From Lama guanicoe (taxonomy: Eukaryota), in NCBI GenBank assembly GCA_013239625.1, contig MU053594.1, forward strand, positions 2,360,127 to 2,424,126: a stretch of DNA of 64,000 bases, given 5' to 3'. A program made the translations under genes and the position numbers. Below are positions 12,706 to 25,495 of this stretch, piece by piece (the first letter of the stretch is position 1; each line of letters starts with the position of its first letter). Under the pieces are notes generated by a model that was given only the letters and a program-made list of their open reading frames with translations, was not told the origin of the DNA and made no database searches.

Positions 12706-13501
12706 ATCACATGAAAAAATACTCAATATCACTAATTATCAGAGAAATGCAAATCAAAACTACAATGAGGTATCACTTCACAGCAGTTAGAATGGCCATT
12801 GTCAAGAAGTCCACAAACAATAAATGCAGCATAGACATTCCTTAAAAAACTAAAAGTAGAATTACCTTATGATCTAGCAATCTCACTCCTGGGCATATAT
12901 TTGAAGGAAACTCTAGTTTGAAAAGACACATGCACCCCCATGTTCATAGCAGTATATTTATAATAGCTAAGACCATGGAAGCAACCTAACTGTCCATCAA
13001 CAGATGACTGGATAAAGAAGTTGTGGCATATGTACACAATGGACTACTGCTCAGCCATAAAACAGAATAAAATGATGCCATTTACAGTAACATGGATGGG
13101 CCTGGGGATTGTCATTCTAAGCAAGAAAGAAAGTGAAAAATACCATATCATATTACTTACATGTGGAATCTAAAAAAAAGACACAAATGAACTTATTTAC
13201 AAAACAGAAACAGACTCACAGACATAGAAAACAAACTTATGGTTACAGTGACGGGGGAAGGGGGCAGAGAGATAAATTGGGAGTTCAGGATTTGCACTAA
13301 CTTCTATATATAAAATAGATAAACAGAAAGGTCCTACTGTACAGCACAGGGAACTATAGTCAATATCTTGTAATAGCCTATAATGAAAAATAATATGAAA
13401 AGGAATATATATATATATGTATAACTGAAACACTATGCTGCACACCAGAAATTAACACAATATTATAAATCTGACTATACTTCAATTAAAAAAAAAGAAA
13501 A
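12706..13501 (+). mobile_element. 5'-truncated L1 (ORF2 end, 3' UTR, poly-A) inserted in a MIR
   Basis: agagaaatgcaaatcaaaactacaatgagg... through ttcaattaaaaaaaaag; TSD ATAATGTGTG at 12696-12705 and 13502-13511. Confidence 0.85.
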
Positions 13502-13714
13502 ATAATGTGTGCCCAGAGATGATAAGTCACCTGCCTAAGGCTGGTGGAGGTAGGATCACCCAGGTATTTGGCGTGTGAGTCTGGGCTCTCAACCACCTAG
13601 CTGTATACCATTGCAGGGGCTGGAATGCCTGTCCTCCCCAAGACTCAGAGCCAAGCCATGGGGGTTGAAAGAGCCAGCCCTTTTTTTTTTTTGAAAAAGA
13701 CAGCTAGGTATCAT

Positions 13715-13872
13715 AGCAGGGATTCTCAGATGTGATTCCTGAACCAGCAGCAGCCGCCTCACCACTTGGAGCTTGGCAGAAATGCAAATTCTCTGGCTCC
13801 ATCTTAGACCTAGCAAACCACAGACTCTGCAAGTCATGATTTTGATGCATGATAAAGTCTGAAAATCACTGG
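13715..13872. mobile_element. MER5A-like MITE
   Basis: caggggattctcagatgtgattcctgaaccagcagcag...agaaatgcaaattct...aaagtctgaaaatcactg. Confidence 0.6.
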
Positions 13873-15499
13873 AATAAGGAGTCAGGAGGTTAGGTTCTGG
13901 GCCCATCGCTGCCTTTATCTAGATGACCAAGGGCCAGTGATTTCATCCCTCTGATTCTGGTTTCCTCATCTTTAAAATGATTGGCTCACTCCAGATTCAT
14001 TTACTTTGTATTAATCCAACAAACACCTGCAATGGGACAGGTTCTGAGGCTACTCAGGCACTGTGCTTCCACAATGGAATAAAATGACAACCGGGTGGCT
14101 TGGGATCATCTGTGGTCACCACTCTAGGTTCCAGCCTAGATAATTCTTGCTAGGACAACTATCAGAAAGACTCTGTCTCCACCTCCATCCAGTGGCTCCC
14201 TGTTGTCTATGCTTTCCAAATGGGTCATGGTGAAGAAGCAGGCTGCTTGTGACCCTTGGAATCATCAGTGTTGTGTCTCAGACACAGCTCTGCTCAGGAC
14301 ACACAGGCCTGCAGGGTGGTGAGGAGTAAGGAGTCCTGGCCGGCAGAGGCCCTAGATTCTACAGAACAAGGATCCGTGGCTGAAAGAAGGAAAGGGCAGG
14401 ATTCTTACACAACATTTGGCAAAACTCTGCTCTTTTTCAGGCCTCACGTGACGTTTCCCCAGACAAACCTGGTTAAACGTCCTGCGTGCATTTTAAAACC
14501 TACAAACCGTTCGGGGCAAATGGATGAGAATGGATGTGTTGGCTCAAGACTCAACAGCCTGATTTTGAGTCTACTGTGGCGACTGGAGCTGCATCCTGAA
14601 TAAAGTCCCTGGGACTTAGCGAGTGCAGTTAGCCTTAATGGGCTGGAGAAATTCAAGTTCAGGTGCAGCTAGCTGAGGTCTACATGCTTGTCTCACCCTC
14701 TCAAAAAGAGCAAAGGACCGGTGATCAATGGATCCATGCAACTTTATTGAGCACATACCCCACAGTTGGCATCGCGTCAACTCTTCCGGATACAAAAGAA
14801 ACCTGGATGCTTCTTCTCCAAGGAATTCAACACTTCTTGCACTAGAAGAGGCAGCCTTCCAAGGTTTCTGCACCTCCCAGCTTGGTGTCATCCCTACACA
14901 AGGCAATCCACATTCTGGGGCTGCTTGGCAAACTGTGTGGAGTCTGTGTATTGTCCCGTGAAGGCCACCTCATTGGTACATACAAAACGGTCCCACTGTT
15001 TCAGAGAGGTAAGTGTTTTGAGTTGCATCCTTGGCTGTGCCTGTGAGACTGGAAACCTTTGGAAAAAGAAGGAAGGCAAGGATGTTTGGGTTGTATTAGA
15101 CTCAGCTTCTGGGCTCAGCATGTCCTGGTAAAGCCCCTCTAGGCATCGGTGGTAGCGTGGAGAGCTCGCCAGAGCCTGGTCCCACTTCCTGCGGTCTGAG
15201 CTTGAGCCTCCCTGAGCTCAGCTTCTACTCTGCCATTGTGAGGACTGTGGCTGGTGCTTGGCTGGTGTTTGTTGAATTTGTTGAGTGTAGAATTTCTGAG
15301 TTTAATGCCATTGATAGTTTTCTCTGTATCCTTTTGCTAAATTTTTAGAAATATTTTTCTAAATGTGCCCCGTGGAAGTTTAAGGCATGAGGCCTCAAGA
15401 TATTTATCTGAAGAGATGCTTTCTGATCCACTGCTTTTCTTGTTCTGGTAGAAAGAAAGTTGTGTTGGCTGCCTCTCCTCCACCTCCCCACAACTCCCA

Positions 15500-15930
15500 C
15501 TAGAATGGAAGCTCTTTGAAGTCAGGGACCTTACTTTCCTTGTTCACTGCTATATTTTGAGCGCCAAATACAGAGTGGGTAAGAATAGGGTGACAGTCAA
15601 ATATTTGCTGAATGACTAGGTAGATGAATGGGCGGACGGATGAAAGATTGAGGGACGAATCACTGATTGTCTGGAACTTAACTCCCTTGGGAGGGAGCAC
15701 CGTATGGTGATGAAGAGGTGTGGAATCTGATTGTCCAGGCTGGAATCCTTGCTCTTTCAATGAGTTGTATATTTTAGTCAAGTTTCTTAACCTCATTCTA
15801 TTTCTTCATCTGTAAAATGAGGCTAATACTTCAAAGCATTGTTTTGAGGATTAAATAAAATAATATGTGCAAAAGTATTTAGAAGAGTTGCTGGCATACA
15901 GCAAATGTCCAGAGCCTTGGTTATCATTGG
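15500..15930 (+). mobile_element. L2 3' end (15500-15640) followed by a MIR (15700-15930)
   Basis: L2 terminus (...aaatatttgctgaatga) and MIR core (tttcttcatctgtaaaatgagg...aggattaaataaaataat). Confidence 0.65.
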
Positions 15931-18900
15931 CTTTGTGAACGGGAAGGTACACATGGAGCTCTTGGAGCTGTTTGATCTCTGTCCCCTGTGCCTCCCCCTC
16001 AACCCACACACTTTTTCTTTCATGGTTGACTGTGTCTATTTGTGGAAAACTTTAGCTAAGAAGTACCCGTGCCAACCAGTTGATAGTTGCTGTGTGCCGG
16101 TTACATTTCTTACCCTGTTCTTGTTTTTGCTTTGTATTTGCTCCTGTAGGTCGTGGTAGAGACATGGGGCTCAAGTCAAATGCTTCCATATTCATTGTTA
16201 ATCAAAAAATACTAATGACAACAGTGGTTACCCTGTATAGTGTCTTTACCAAGAACTGGGCATTTCATAATTGATTGGCTAAGTAATTGCCTGGATCAGA
16301 GGTCACGGATAACCAGGTATCTGACTTTGTCTCTGGGTTTGCTGAGGCCAGGCTTAGCTTCATTTACTAGCTGGTGTTACTTTGGCCACACGTGCTTCAC
16401 ACAGAGTCATCGTTTGGTTGAATTAACTACTCTGTCTTTGGAGGGAGAACAGTTTTTTCCTTTGGACCTTTGAGATGTCTAAAATTCTGAGTTGTCTTTC
16501 TCCCTTTCTTGCCCTTCTCTTCCATTTACATTTCATCTCTTCTTCAACCTCTTCGTGTCTTCATTCATTCAAGTGGCTCTCCTACCAAATTAGAGAAGCG
16601 ATAGTTCAAAAAAAGCAGCGCAGCTGCCCGTCCCAGCGCTCACCGGTGACCGAAAGTTGCCCAGGAGCAAGGCACGCATGCAAATAGACTTGTCTTGACG
16701 TGCTGGAGCCGTTTCCTTTTTGTAGTAAACTAAACCTTTGATTCACAAGGAAATGGACTTTGGCTTTATTGTAATTCCTATTCCGATAGTGTTTGGGCAC
16801 AAATCATGAACTATGCTTAGTGAAAATCCTGAGTCACTGGAGGGCTTGGTGATTCAGAAAGAGGAAGAGGAGGAGGTCCTCTGTTGCATTTTCAGGAGGA
16901 AGGATGGTTGACCAGCATCACCTCAGTCCTTGGACAGACTCTCTTCCCTTTACTCCTTTGAGCCTCTAGTTCAAGGAGAACAGGGTTTAACAGCATCTTT
17001 GATGTCTGTTGTTTTGGGGGCTCTGGTCACTTAGGAGGCCTTTAAATGCTACGCAGAGAAGCAGCAAGACAGAGTGGTGTGAGTCATGAGCTTGCTGGCT
17101 GAGTGCTGGGTCACAGGGTCACCTGATCACTATTCCCTGTGGGAGAAACTACAGGAAAGGGATTGTCTCTGGGTGCAGAGTGTTCATGGTGCCAAAGCTC
17201 CCTCCCATGTGTGGGAAATGATGGTTATGTGCTTAAGTAGACAAGGAATCTTCCATGCTACACTTAAGCTGGAGAATTTTGTTTTTCTTCTCAGTTAGGG
17301 CTTTCTAGGGGCATTCCAATGAACAAGAGTTGAAAGAGGATAGATTAAAAAAAATAAATCTTGAGAAAAAAGAAAGGACTAGCTTTTGATTGCATAGGTT
17401 AGTGCTTCCTGAATCCCAAGTTATGTCACCTGATTTTTATTTTTTTTCACAAAAACCAACCAACCATGGACCAGTCCAGATCTACTGAGCCAGGTTTTTT
17501 GAGGGCAAGGCCTAGAAATCTCTCTTTATAATAATTGTCCCATCTACTTGGATGGGAACCACTCTCTAGGAACTCTTGTGGGACTTTCCATCATTTAAAA
17601 AGTCAGGTTTTTGTATCAGTGACAGTTGCCTGAGCACAGGGACTGTGTCTTCCTCGCCTTGGTGTCACTGACATCTAGCATAATTACCAGCACAGAGTTA
17701 GTTCTGAATAAGCATTTGTGGAAGGATTTTGGAAAGTATTTCTCGAAGGTGGGCCATCAACCATGTAAAACTGTGGGGGAAAGTGTTGTCAGTGACTTGA
17801 AGGTGAAATTAATTAAGCCTGTTATTCAGCATGTATTGCCAAGTAATGGAAGGACCACATGGTGGAACAGAATAAACTGGAGATGTTTCTTTTGCAAGGG
17901 CTGTTTACCAAAGCTCATGGTAATGAGGGCATCAAAGGTAATAACCAATAGAGTTTCGTGACTATCTTCCAGGATTATTTATGACACTCTTAGGCCATAG
18001 ATAATAATTATAGCCACCTGGTCCTTGGTTTTCTCATCTGCAAAATGGGGGCATGGACACATACCAGCTGCCTGTGTTGGGGAGAGATTGTCAGTATGAC
18101 TACAGACCATCTGTCTAGCATCAGAGGGCATTCAAGTGTGGCCATAAAAAGTTGGGCATCTTCCCTCCTGCAATGAAGGCCAGGCTATTATATGCAATAA
18201 AGCCCTAGCTTCTGAACGCTGGCATTCATCCAAACCACTCTGGCATGGGTCTGTGCAATCTTTATTTGATCAGAATGGATGTGATTTCCTTTTATAATTG
18301 TTCTTAGCTATAACATCTAATTATTTAAAGCACAATAAAGCTGGAAGTCTCAACCATTAAGGCCATTCTTTGATAAGGACCTACCAAGTAGCTGTCAGCC
18401 ATATTTGTAGTTGGTGCCTGGGAACTGGGGATGACGAGATAAGATGCTGTGTGAATCCCACTACTTCTCTGACGGGGGTAGTGGGACCTGATCTCTTGGA
18501 AAAGTACAAATTGGCGAAGCTTGAAGGGGTCCCTAGCGTGCGTGCATTTGAGAACAAAAGCACGAAGGGGAATTCAATGATGAAGTCTCTTGATCAGAAT
18601 GAAACAATGAAAATTAGTGTAAGTCCAGGACTGTACACCAGGCTCTTGCATTTAATCATTGTAACTATGGCTATTATCATTTTGATTTAGAAGAGCAGGA
18701 AACTAAAGCTAGGAGAGTTTAACAATTTACCCAAGGCCACACTGCTAGCAGGCTCTCTCAAATAATTTCTTCACTATACCCTTCTGCCTTGCCCCGAGGC
18801 AGATTCTGTGGAAGACTGAAATGGTACTTATTCTGAGGAGAAATGAGAAATGGACGTAGCTGACTCAGTGTGTAAAGGAAACACAGGAGACTGAATACAG

Positions 18901-19182
18901 GCAGCAATGGAACCTGATGTAATACCCATGGGTTGATCACTCATATCACTTGGAGACTCATTACTGTTCTAGCTGAACTTAGTTTATCTTTCATATATTA
19001 AAAGTTCTGATGTCCTAATATTTCTCTAAAATAAACATTGGTTCTTAACCTTGGAATCCCCATAAACTCTATGGATTGTGTTCCAGGGAAAATGTACGTA
19101 CACACATAGGACCCCCTTTAAAATCACGTAGGTCCTTCCCCCCTCTTCCACCAAACCTCTAACTTCAAGAAGTCTTTCTCTA

Positions 19183-19555
19183 ACAAATATCATATACTGT
19201 TGTTTATATGTGGAATCTAAAAAAAAATACACATTTTATTTACAAACCAGAAATAGTCTCACAGACGTAGAAAACAAACTGGTTACCAAGTGGAAGGTGG
19301 CGGGGAGGGATAGATTAGGAGTTTGGGATTCACAGACACACATCATTATCTGTAAAACAGATAAACAGCAAAGACTGGATAGCACAGGGAACTGTATTCA
19401 ATTTCTTGTAATGAGCTGTAGTGGAAAAGAATCTGAAAAAAAATATATGTTGTATACATAAAACTGAATTGCTTTGCTGTACACCCAAAACTAAGACTGT
19501 AAATCAACTACATGTCAGTAAAAAGTAAGAATTAAAAAGAAAATAAAAGGGAAAA
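19183..19555 (+). mobile_element. L1 3' end (artiodactyl type)
   Basis: Similar to 13141-13500; TSD AAGAA(G/A)TCTTTCTCTA at 19167-82 and 19556-71. Confidence 0.8.
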
Positions 19556-19926
19556 AAGAAATCTTTCTCTAGATATATGACTTTACAAATTGCTCTGAAT
19601 CTTTGGGCCATAGACCATTCTTTATAATGTGGGTTTGTTCAACTTGTAGGCATAAAATTTCCTATACTCTAGTCTATCTGGATTCTTTTAGATGTATCTC
19701 CTCCTTCTTTTTTTCCCCCCAGCATTCAGAAAATTCCTACAATAAACTTTATCCAGGTATTTGACCACCTTTGCTCCCATAATTTTTGCAGCATCCTCCT
19801 GGGTTGCCCCTTTCTACTTGAGAGCTTCCTCTGAGAGCAGTTTTGATGTGAGGTCTTGTCTGCTTGAAGATACTTTTGCTATGCTACAATATTTGAATGA
19901 CGGTTTGGTTGGTTTTAAAATTATAG

Positions 19927-20252
19927 ATACTAACGACTATGTATAAAATAGATAAGCAACAAGTTTTTATTATTTAGCACAGGGAACTATATTCAATATC
20001 TTGTATAACCTATAATGAAAAAGAATATGAAAATGAATATATGTATGTATATGTGTTAATGAACTATTATGCTGTACACCAGAAATTGACACAACATTGT
20101 AAACTGACTATCCATCAATTAAAAAATTATAGGTTCACAGCGAAAAAAAATGTGACAATATATGTATGTTCATGTATAACTGAAAAATTGTGCTCTACAC
20201 TGGAAATTGACACAACATTGTAAAATGACTGTAACTCAATAAAAAAATGTAA
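19927..20252 (+). mobile_element. Two tandem short L1 3' ends sharing one target site
   Basis: AAAATTATAG at 19917 and 20123; AAAAAATTATAGGTTCA at 20121-37 and 20253-69. Confidence 0.8.
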
Positions 20253-20569
20253 AAAAAATTATAGGTTCAATGGTCTTTTGTTCAATACTTTAAAACCGTT
20301 TCTTCATTGTCTGTTTGTATCTAGTTTTGCTGTTGAGAAGTATACTGTCAATATGATTCTTGCTCCTCAGTTGTTAGTATGATCTTTTTCTCAGTAAGTT
20401 TTAGGATTTCCTCTTTATATTAGTTTTTTAAAAATTGCATATAATGTGTCCTAAAAGATTGAGTTTTCCTTTACTGCTGTTGTTTCACCGTTCATGAGTT
20501 CTTTCAATCTTAAATATTTCATAAATATTTTTAGTTTTAGGAATTTATCTTCTTATATCTTCAAGACCA

Positions 20570-22060
20570 GACAAGATGAGAATAAGCACTATTACCATTG
20601 CTGTTTGTCAGTGTGGTGGCCAACACTGCAAGGGAAGGAAAAAAGTAAGAAATGTTAAGTTTGGAAGGAAAAAGATCAAACTACCATTATTTTCAGAAGA
20701 GATGATCATCTCTCTAGAATAACCATAATAATCAACAGACTATTGGAACTAATGAGAGTTCAGCAAATTAGCCAAAAAAATAATGATATCACAAATGTTA
20801 TTAAAATTTTTCTATACCAATAATAACCAGCTAGAAAATATAATAAAAAGGAAGATAGTATTCACAATGTCAAGAGAAATTATAAAATAATTAAAATTTA
20901 CTTATTTAAGAATTCACTAGACTTCCGTGGAGAAAATTTTAAAACTAATATTAAAGAACATAGAATATGATCTTAGTAGACAGAGAGCTAGCCCATGCTT
21001 AGCTGGGCTAAATTATTCTTGTGATAATATCAATCCTCCTTAAAGCAGTCAGCAACTTAAATGAAAACCATCCAAACTTCAGCTGGAATTTTTTTGAGGG
21101 ACTTAATAAACTTTTTTAAAAATTTTAAGATGTACTGTAATAAATAATAGTGAAAAACTGTAAAGTGTAAATACAAGAACAGACAATGAGATCAGTGAAA
21201 TCAAATAGAGTTCAAAGGCAGGCCCATTTACACTACCTAGGTATTTCTATTCCAAAAAAGGACACCATGAATAAAGTTAAGTGACAAATTAGGAGAAGAA
21301 ATTTGTATGACAATATCTAGAATGGTACATGTGAAATATATAAAGAACTCCTGGTAATTAGCAAGAAAAAGATAGCAAACCCAACAGAGAAACTGGCAAA
21401 GAAATGAACAGACATTTTAGAGCAGAGGACACCCAGGAGGTCAAGAAGCATATGAACAGGTGCTCAAATTTATGAGTATTAGTGATGTAAAATAAAGCCA
21501 CAACGAGGTATCGCTACATTCATTAGTTTGGCAAAAACTAGAAAGCTGGATGATACCAAGCTTGGCAGTGAAATGGAAATAAATTCTCATGAACTGGTGA
21601 GAATCCTGGTTGTATTTAGTCAACTTAAATATATGCATAGCCTTTGACCTGGTAAGTCTACTTCTGGGCACATAATTCCAAAGCAATGTTCACATGCTTC
21701 TGTAAAACATGTTTATTGTTGCTTTGTTTGTGCAGGGAGAGGTTGGAGACAATCTGGTTAAGAGAGTTGAGTTAAATGCAGTGTTGCATTCCACTGAATA
21801 CTTTCAAGTGGTTAAGAGTGACAGATGGAATGTATATATACCATTGTGGATGGACCCTATGACACAGTCCTGAGTTAAAAAGTAACAAACAGTTTGAGCT
21901 CTATAATACACCGCTTGCAAGAATTAAAAAGCCAAATGTGCAAAACAATATACACTTTGTAAAAACAGGTACAAATGTCTGCAAGTAAAAGGCTTGATAT
22001 CAACCAGTTGAAAATAGTTGCTTTGATTGGAATGGTGGGCGTCTGGTGGAGGTGAGGGGA
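20570..22060 (+). mobile_element. Ancient degraded L1 (ORF2 RT to 3' UTR)
   Basis: ctaccattattttcagaagagatgatc (about 20681) translates as LPLFSEEMI, a decayed L1 RT LSLFADDMI motif; A-rich L1 composition. Confidence 0.6.
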
Positions 22061-22279
22061 AACAGGAACAAGAATAGGCATGGAAGATGGGGAGGAATGT
22101 GAATGAATGAATAAATTAATTTACAAGTGAATGAATGAAGAAATAAATAAATAAGAGAGGGAAATTGCGTGGCCTGATGATGATACAGCGCCGTGGATGA
22201 AGAGGATGATCAAACCCCAAATGAAAAGGGAAAAATAACCTAATATAGACAATGGATCATAATGAGCACTTAGAAATTT

Positions 22280-22445
22280 TTGTTGAATGAGGGATGTTGA
22301 GGATAGGGGAGTATATAGATGTAGACGGGGAGGGCTATGTGTGAACTCTGTGTATTTTCTGCTCCATTCTGTTGTGAACCTGGAACTGCTCTAAAAGAAT
22401 AAAGTCTATTAAAAATATTTTTAAAAAAAGAAAGGAAAAAAAAAG
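22280..22445 (+). mobile_element. L1M 3' terminal fragment
   Basis: ...ctgttgtgaacctggaactgctctaaaagaataaagtctatt followed by an A-tail. Confidence 0.6.
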
Positions 22446-23824
22446 AAATTTTTGTTGAATGAAGAAATAAATTCTGGTGATTCTTTTTTGCCAAGCTAAG
22501 AGTTCTTTACTGAATTATTTTAGGATTTTGATTTTGGTATATCAAATTAAAAAAAAATGTGAGCCCACCTGTATTTGGAGACATCTGGATGGCATTAACA
22601 GAATTCTTTTCTTTTCATCCACTTCTTGAGATATTGCATAAACATGGACATCTTATCCTCTTTCCAACTATGCCATGTAGTTTGACTTTTGATTCTGACT
22701 CACAGAACATGTCTTCCCAGCAAATATTTGCCTTTTTGATCAAGTCTTGGATCCCAAAAGCCTACCTATATGTGGTCATTGCTCTCCAGGATCTTTGCTG
22801 GAAGCACTGAGCTGGAATCTGCTTCCTGAGCTCTGAGGTGGTCAGTGGTGGCAGGATTTAAAGCTGCCCGTGAGGGTGGACTTGCCTGCTGGCATTTTCT
22901 TTTCTGCTGCTGTACAGGATTTGACTTCTCAGAGCACCTCTGGGTTGGTCCTCTTCCTCCCCTCTTTCCAGAGGACAAAGATTTGTCCTAAGGGATACAA
23001 ATGTTATTGATCTGCCCCAGGGTTTAATAGGAATGATCCTATATTTCTACTAATAAACATAACTTGCATTTGACTTTTGATGAACAAATACCTATTAATG
23101 TAATGGTTTAAAGCTCTTGTCAGATGAACTTGTGTCTTAGACTCAGCCCATCACCTAATAGCCTGATGATCCTGGGCAAACTAAATTTCCTAAGCATTTG
23201 TCTGTGTCTCTGTACAAAATGGTGACTAATTTAGATAATGTAGCTAAGGCTTCCCATGGAGCCTGGTGCACGATAAGTAGTTAATCTTATTATTACTTTA
23301 TGGAAATCATTATGCTAGGCCTGTGGGGAGAGACTAAGATGAGGAAAAGTTCTCAATTTCATGGAACTTGGAGAAGTAAGTCAGATGCCCAAACTCCAAA
23401 GCAAGGCAAGAGAGGGCCATTGAGGTCACACATCCTCCTGAGAACCCTGTGAGACAGTTGGAGAGCTGCTTCTTCGTTTTATAAACAAGGAAACTGAGAC
23501 CCAGAAGAGTTATGTGACTTGCTAAAGGGGCACAGCCAGTGAGTGGCAGAGCCTTGATGGGAACCTGTCTCCTACAACTGAGCCAGGCCCGACAGATGTG
23601 TCCCTGTTTCCGGGGACACTTCTCAGTGTGGCCCAAGGCCCAAGGATGCTGCTACCTGCCAGGCCAGTGACTGGAGCCCCCATGTTCTAAAAAGTCCAGA
23701 GGCTTTGTCTTGAGGGCTCATAACTCAGACAGGAAACAGACTTCTCTGCTTTTTGAGGGAGTCTTGTTGCGTGGACAACATCTCTTCTCAAGATCTGCCC
23801 TAGAACCAACAACCCGTTAGAGAC

Positions 23825-24395
23825 AGTCATTCATTACACTCATCACTTCATTGAATGAACTTTCATTGAGGGACAGGTGCGTGCGCTCTGGGTCCTGTGC
23901 TGGGCACCAGGGAGACAAAGATGAAACCTGCTTGAGGAACCTACAGAGTCATGCAACAATTCACCGTCATGTGATGAACAGACTAAATGCTGCAGAAGCT
24001 GGGGAGAGAGGGGCAAATACTTTCTGAGCTAGGAGGTTGGGGGGAGGGCAGAATATTTCTCACCACAAAGGGGCTATTTGAACTGGATCTTGAAAAATAG
24101 GGAGGTGATTTTCCTGTGAGGAATTGGAGAAGAGGAACCTAGCAAGAAGGGACAGCTATGCCAAAGGCAAAGAGCTGCACGGTGCAGAGTGGTGCTTAGC
24201 GGGCTCTGGGGATCCGTGGCAGGGGTGGGGCATCGTGGTGATGAGCCCGGAAAGGCAGACAAAGATGAGATGGCGAGAGGCCTTCTCTGCTTCCAGCTCT
24301 GTGGCTGAAGGGAGGAGGCGAAGCCTTTCTAAGCCGAGAACGGCATGATTTGTTCTAGGCTGTGTGAGATGGCTCTGAGGCAGTGTGGAGGGCAG
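23825..24395 (-). mobile_element. L2 fragment
   Basis: cattcatt...tcattgag...tgtgctgggcaccagggagacaaagatgaa, the reverse of the L2 3' end. Confidence 0.55.
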
Positions 24396-25299
24396 AGCAG
24401 CAAGACCCCAGACCTGCTTGGGGTCTTGACCCCAAACTGATGGGGTCCTTAGGCCCTGAGCATGTGGGCTTCAGGTCCATGGTGGCAGAAGGCAACCAGT
24501 CTGGGAAGGCGTCTGCAGCCTAGCGCCCCGGATGCTAGCAGATGGTGACCCCCTTGCTTTTCCACAGAGAAGCTTCACGCTGACAGGCAGTGGGCACTCT
24601 GAGAAAGGCTCTGTTCTCACGGTGCCTGCAAGTTCTCCTTGGGTAGCAGCTCCAGTGGAAGAGGGTGGTCCTCTTCTTCCTTCCCTGAGTGAGTTGGCCT
24701 CCTTCTCCGTGGGCACATGGACCATCAGAGCCACTGTTCCCCCTATTCAAGCAGGGTTGAAAACTGCCATTTTGGTGGTGGCTGGGGGGTCAAGGGGTGG
24801 GGCTAACGTGTTTCAAAATGGAATAAACAGAAAAGCAATATTAAAAGAGCGAGGAGATTGTTTAGTGAGGCTTGAAGAGTCTACAGGTGTTTCCTCCTGT
24901 GTTGAGAACCAGTGACCCCTGGGAACCGCATTTCCCCTTGAGAAGAGCCCAGGGCGGACTGAGCCCGGCCGACATCCTGGTGATGGAGAGGCCCGAATGG
25001 GCACCATAGAAAACCCAGAGCTTTCCAGAGGGGTGGTCTTTGGACCCATCCCAGGTGCAGGGAGTTCCAAGACTTGACACACATGCTCCAGGAGTTCCCA
25101 CTCACGCACACTTGTGCACACCCCGTGCAGCCCCGCGCACTCTGGGCCCACGTCCCAGTGACCGTGGCCTTCTGGGCCGTGTTGTTGTGCAGATGCAGCT
25201 GGCTGGCTCTGTGCGTGAAGTGGCTGCAGCCGGTGGGCCTCTGAGGGTGCTCACAACGGGGTGACGGGCGGCTCTGCTGGAGAAGAAGTGCACTGGTGC

Positions 25300-25400
25300 C
25301 CGGGGTGGGAGGATGTGATGACGCTGTGCCCCCGCAGCGGGAACTCGCGCCTTTAAAAAGCTGAGGAAACAGCCTCTGAGCAGGCAGTGGCTACACTGGA
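25300..25400 (+). promoter_or_regulatory. POU2AF1: POU2AF1 core promoter: CRE/ATF half-site TGACGC (25319-24) and TATA-like TTTAAAAA (25352-59); TSS inferred near 25380-25390
   Basis: Motifs read directly, 120-160 nt upstream of the ATG, in a CpG-enriched stretch (about 24940-25850). A CREB/ATF site is an established functional element of the OCA-B promoter. Confidence 0.7.
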
Positions 25401-25479
25401 GGCAAGCACACCCAGGTCTCACATTAAAGAAGCCAAACTGTCTGCTTCAAAGAGAAAAGGCAACATCCTGTCACAGGCC

Positions 25480-25495
25480 ATGCTCTGGCAAAAAC
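25480..25495 (+). CDS. POU2AF1: POU2AF1 coding exon 1 (MLWQK + 1 nt)
   Basis: GCC ATG CTC TGG CAA AAA C followed by donor GTAAGT (25496-25501). MLWQK is the known N-terminus of OCA-B, and the phase-1 junction gives Pro with exon 2. Confidence 0.95.

Noticed and set aside
12747..12754. Perfect octamers at 3289, 8706, 12747, 13782, 55678, 55940 and 61058, and the MEF2-like site at about 4828
   Set aside because: They lie in L1, L2 or MER5 sequence, where these words are mostly part of the repeat itself; no independent support.
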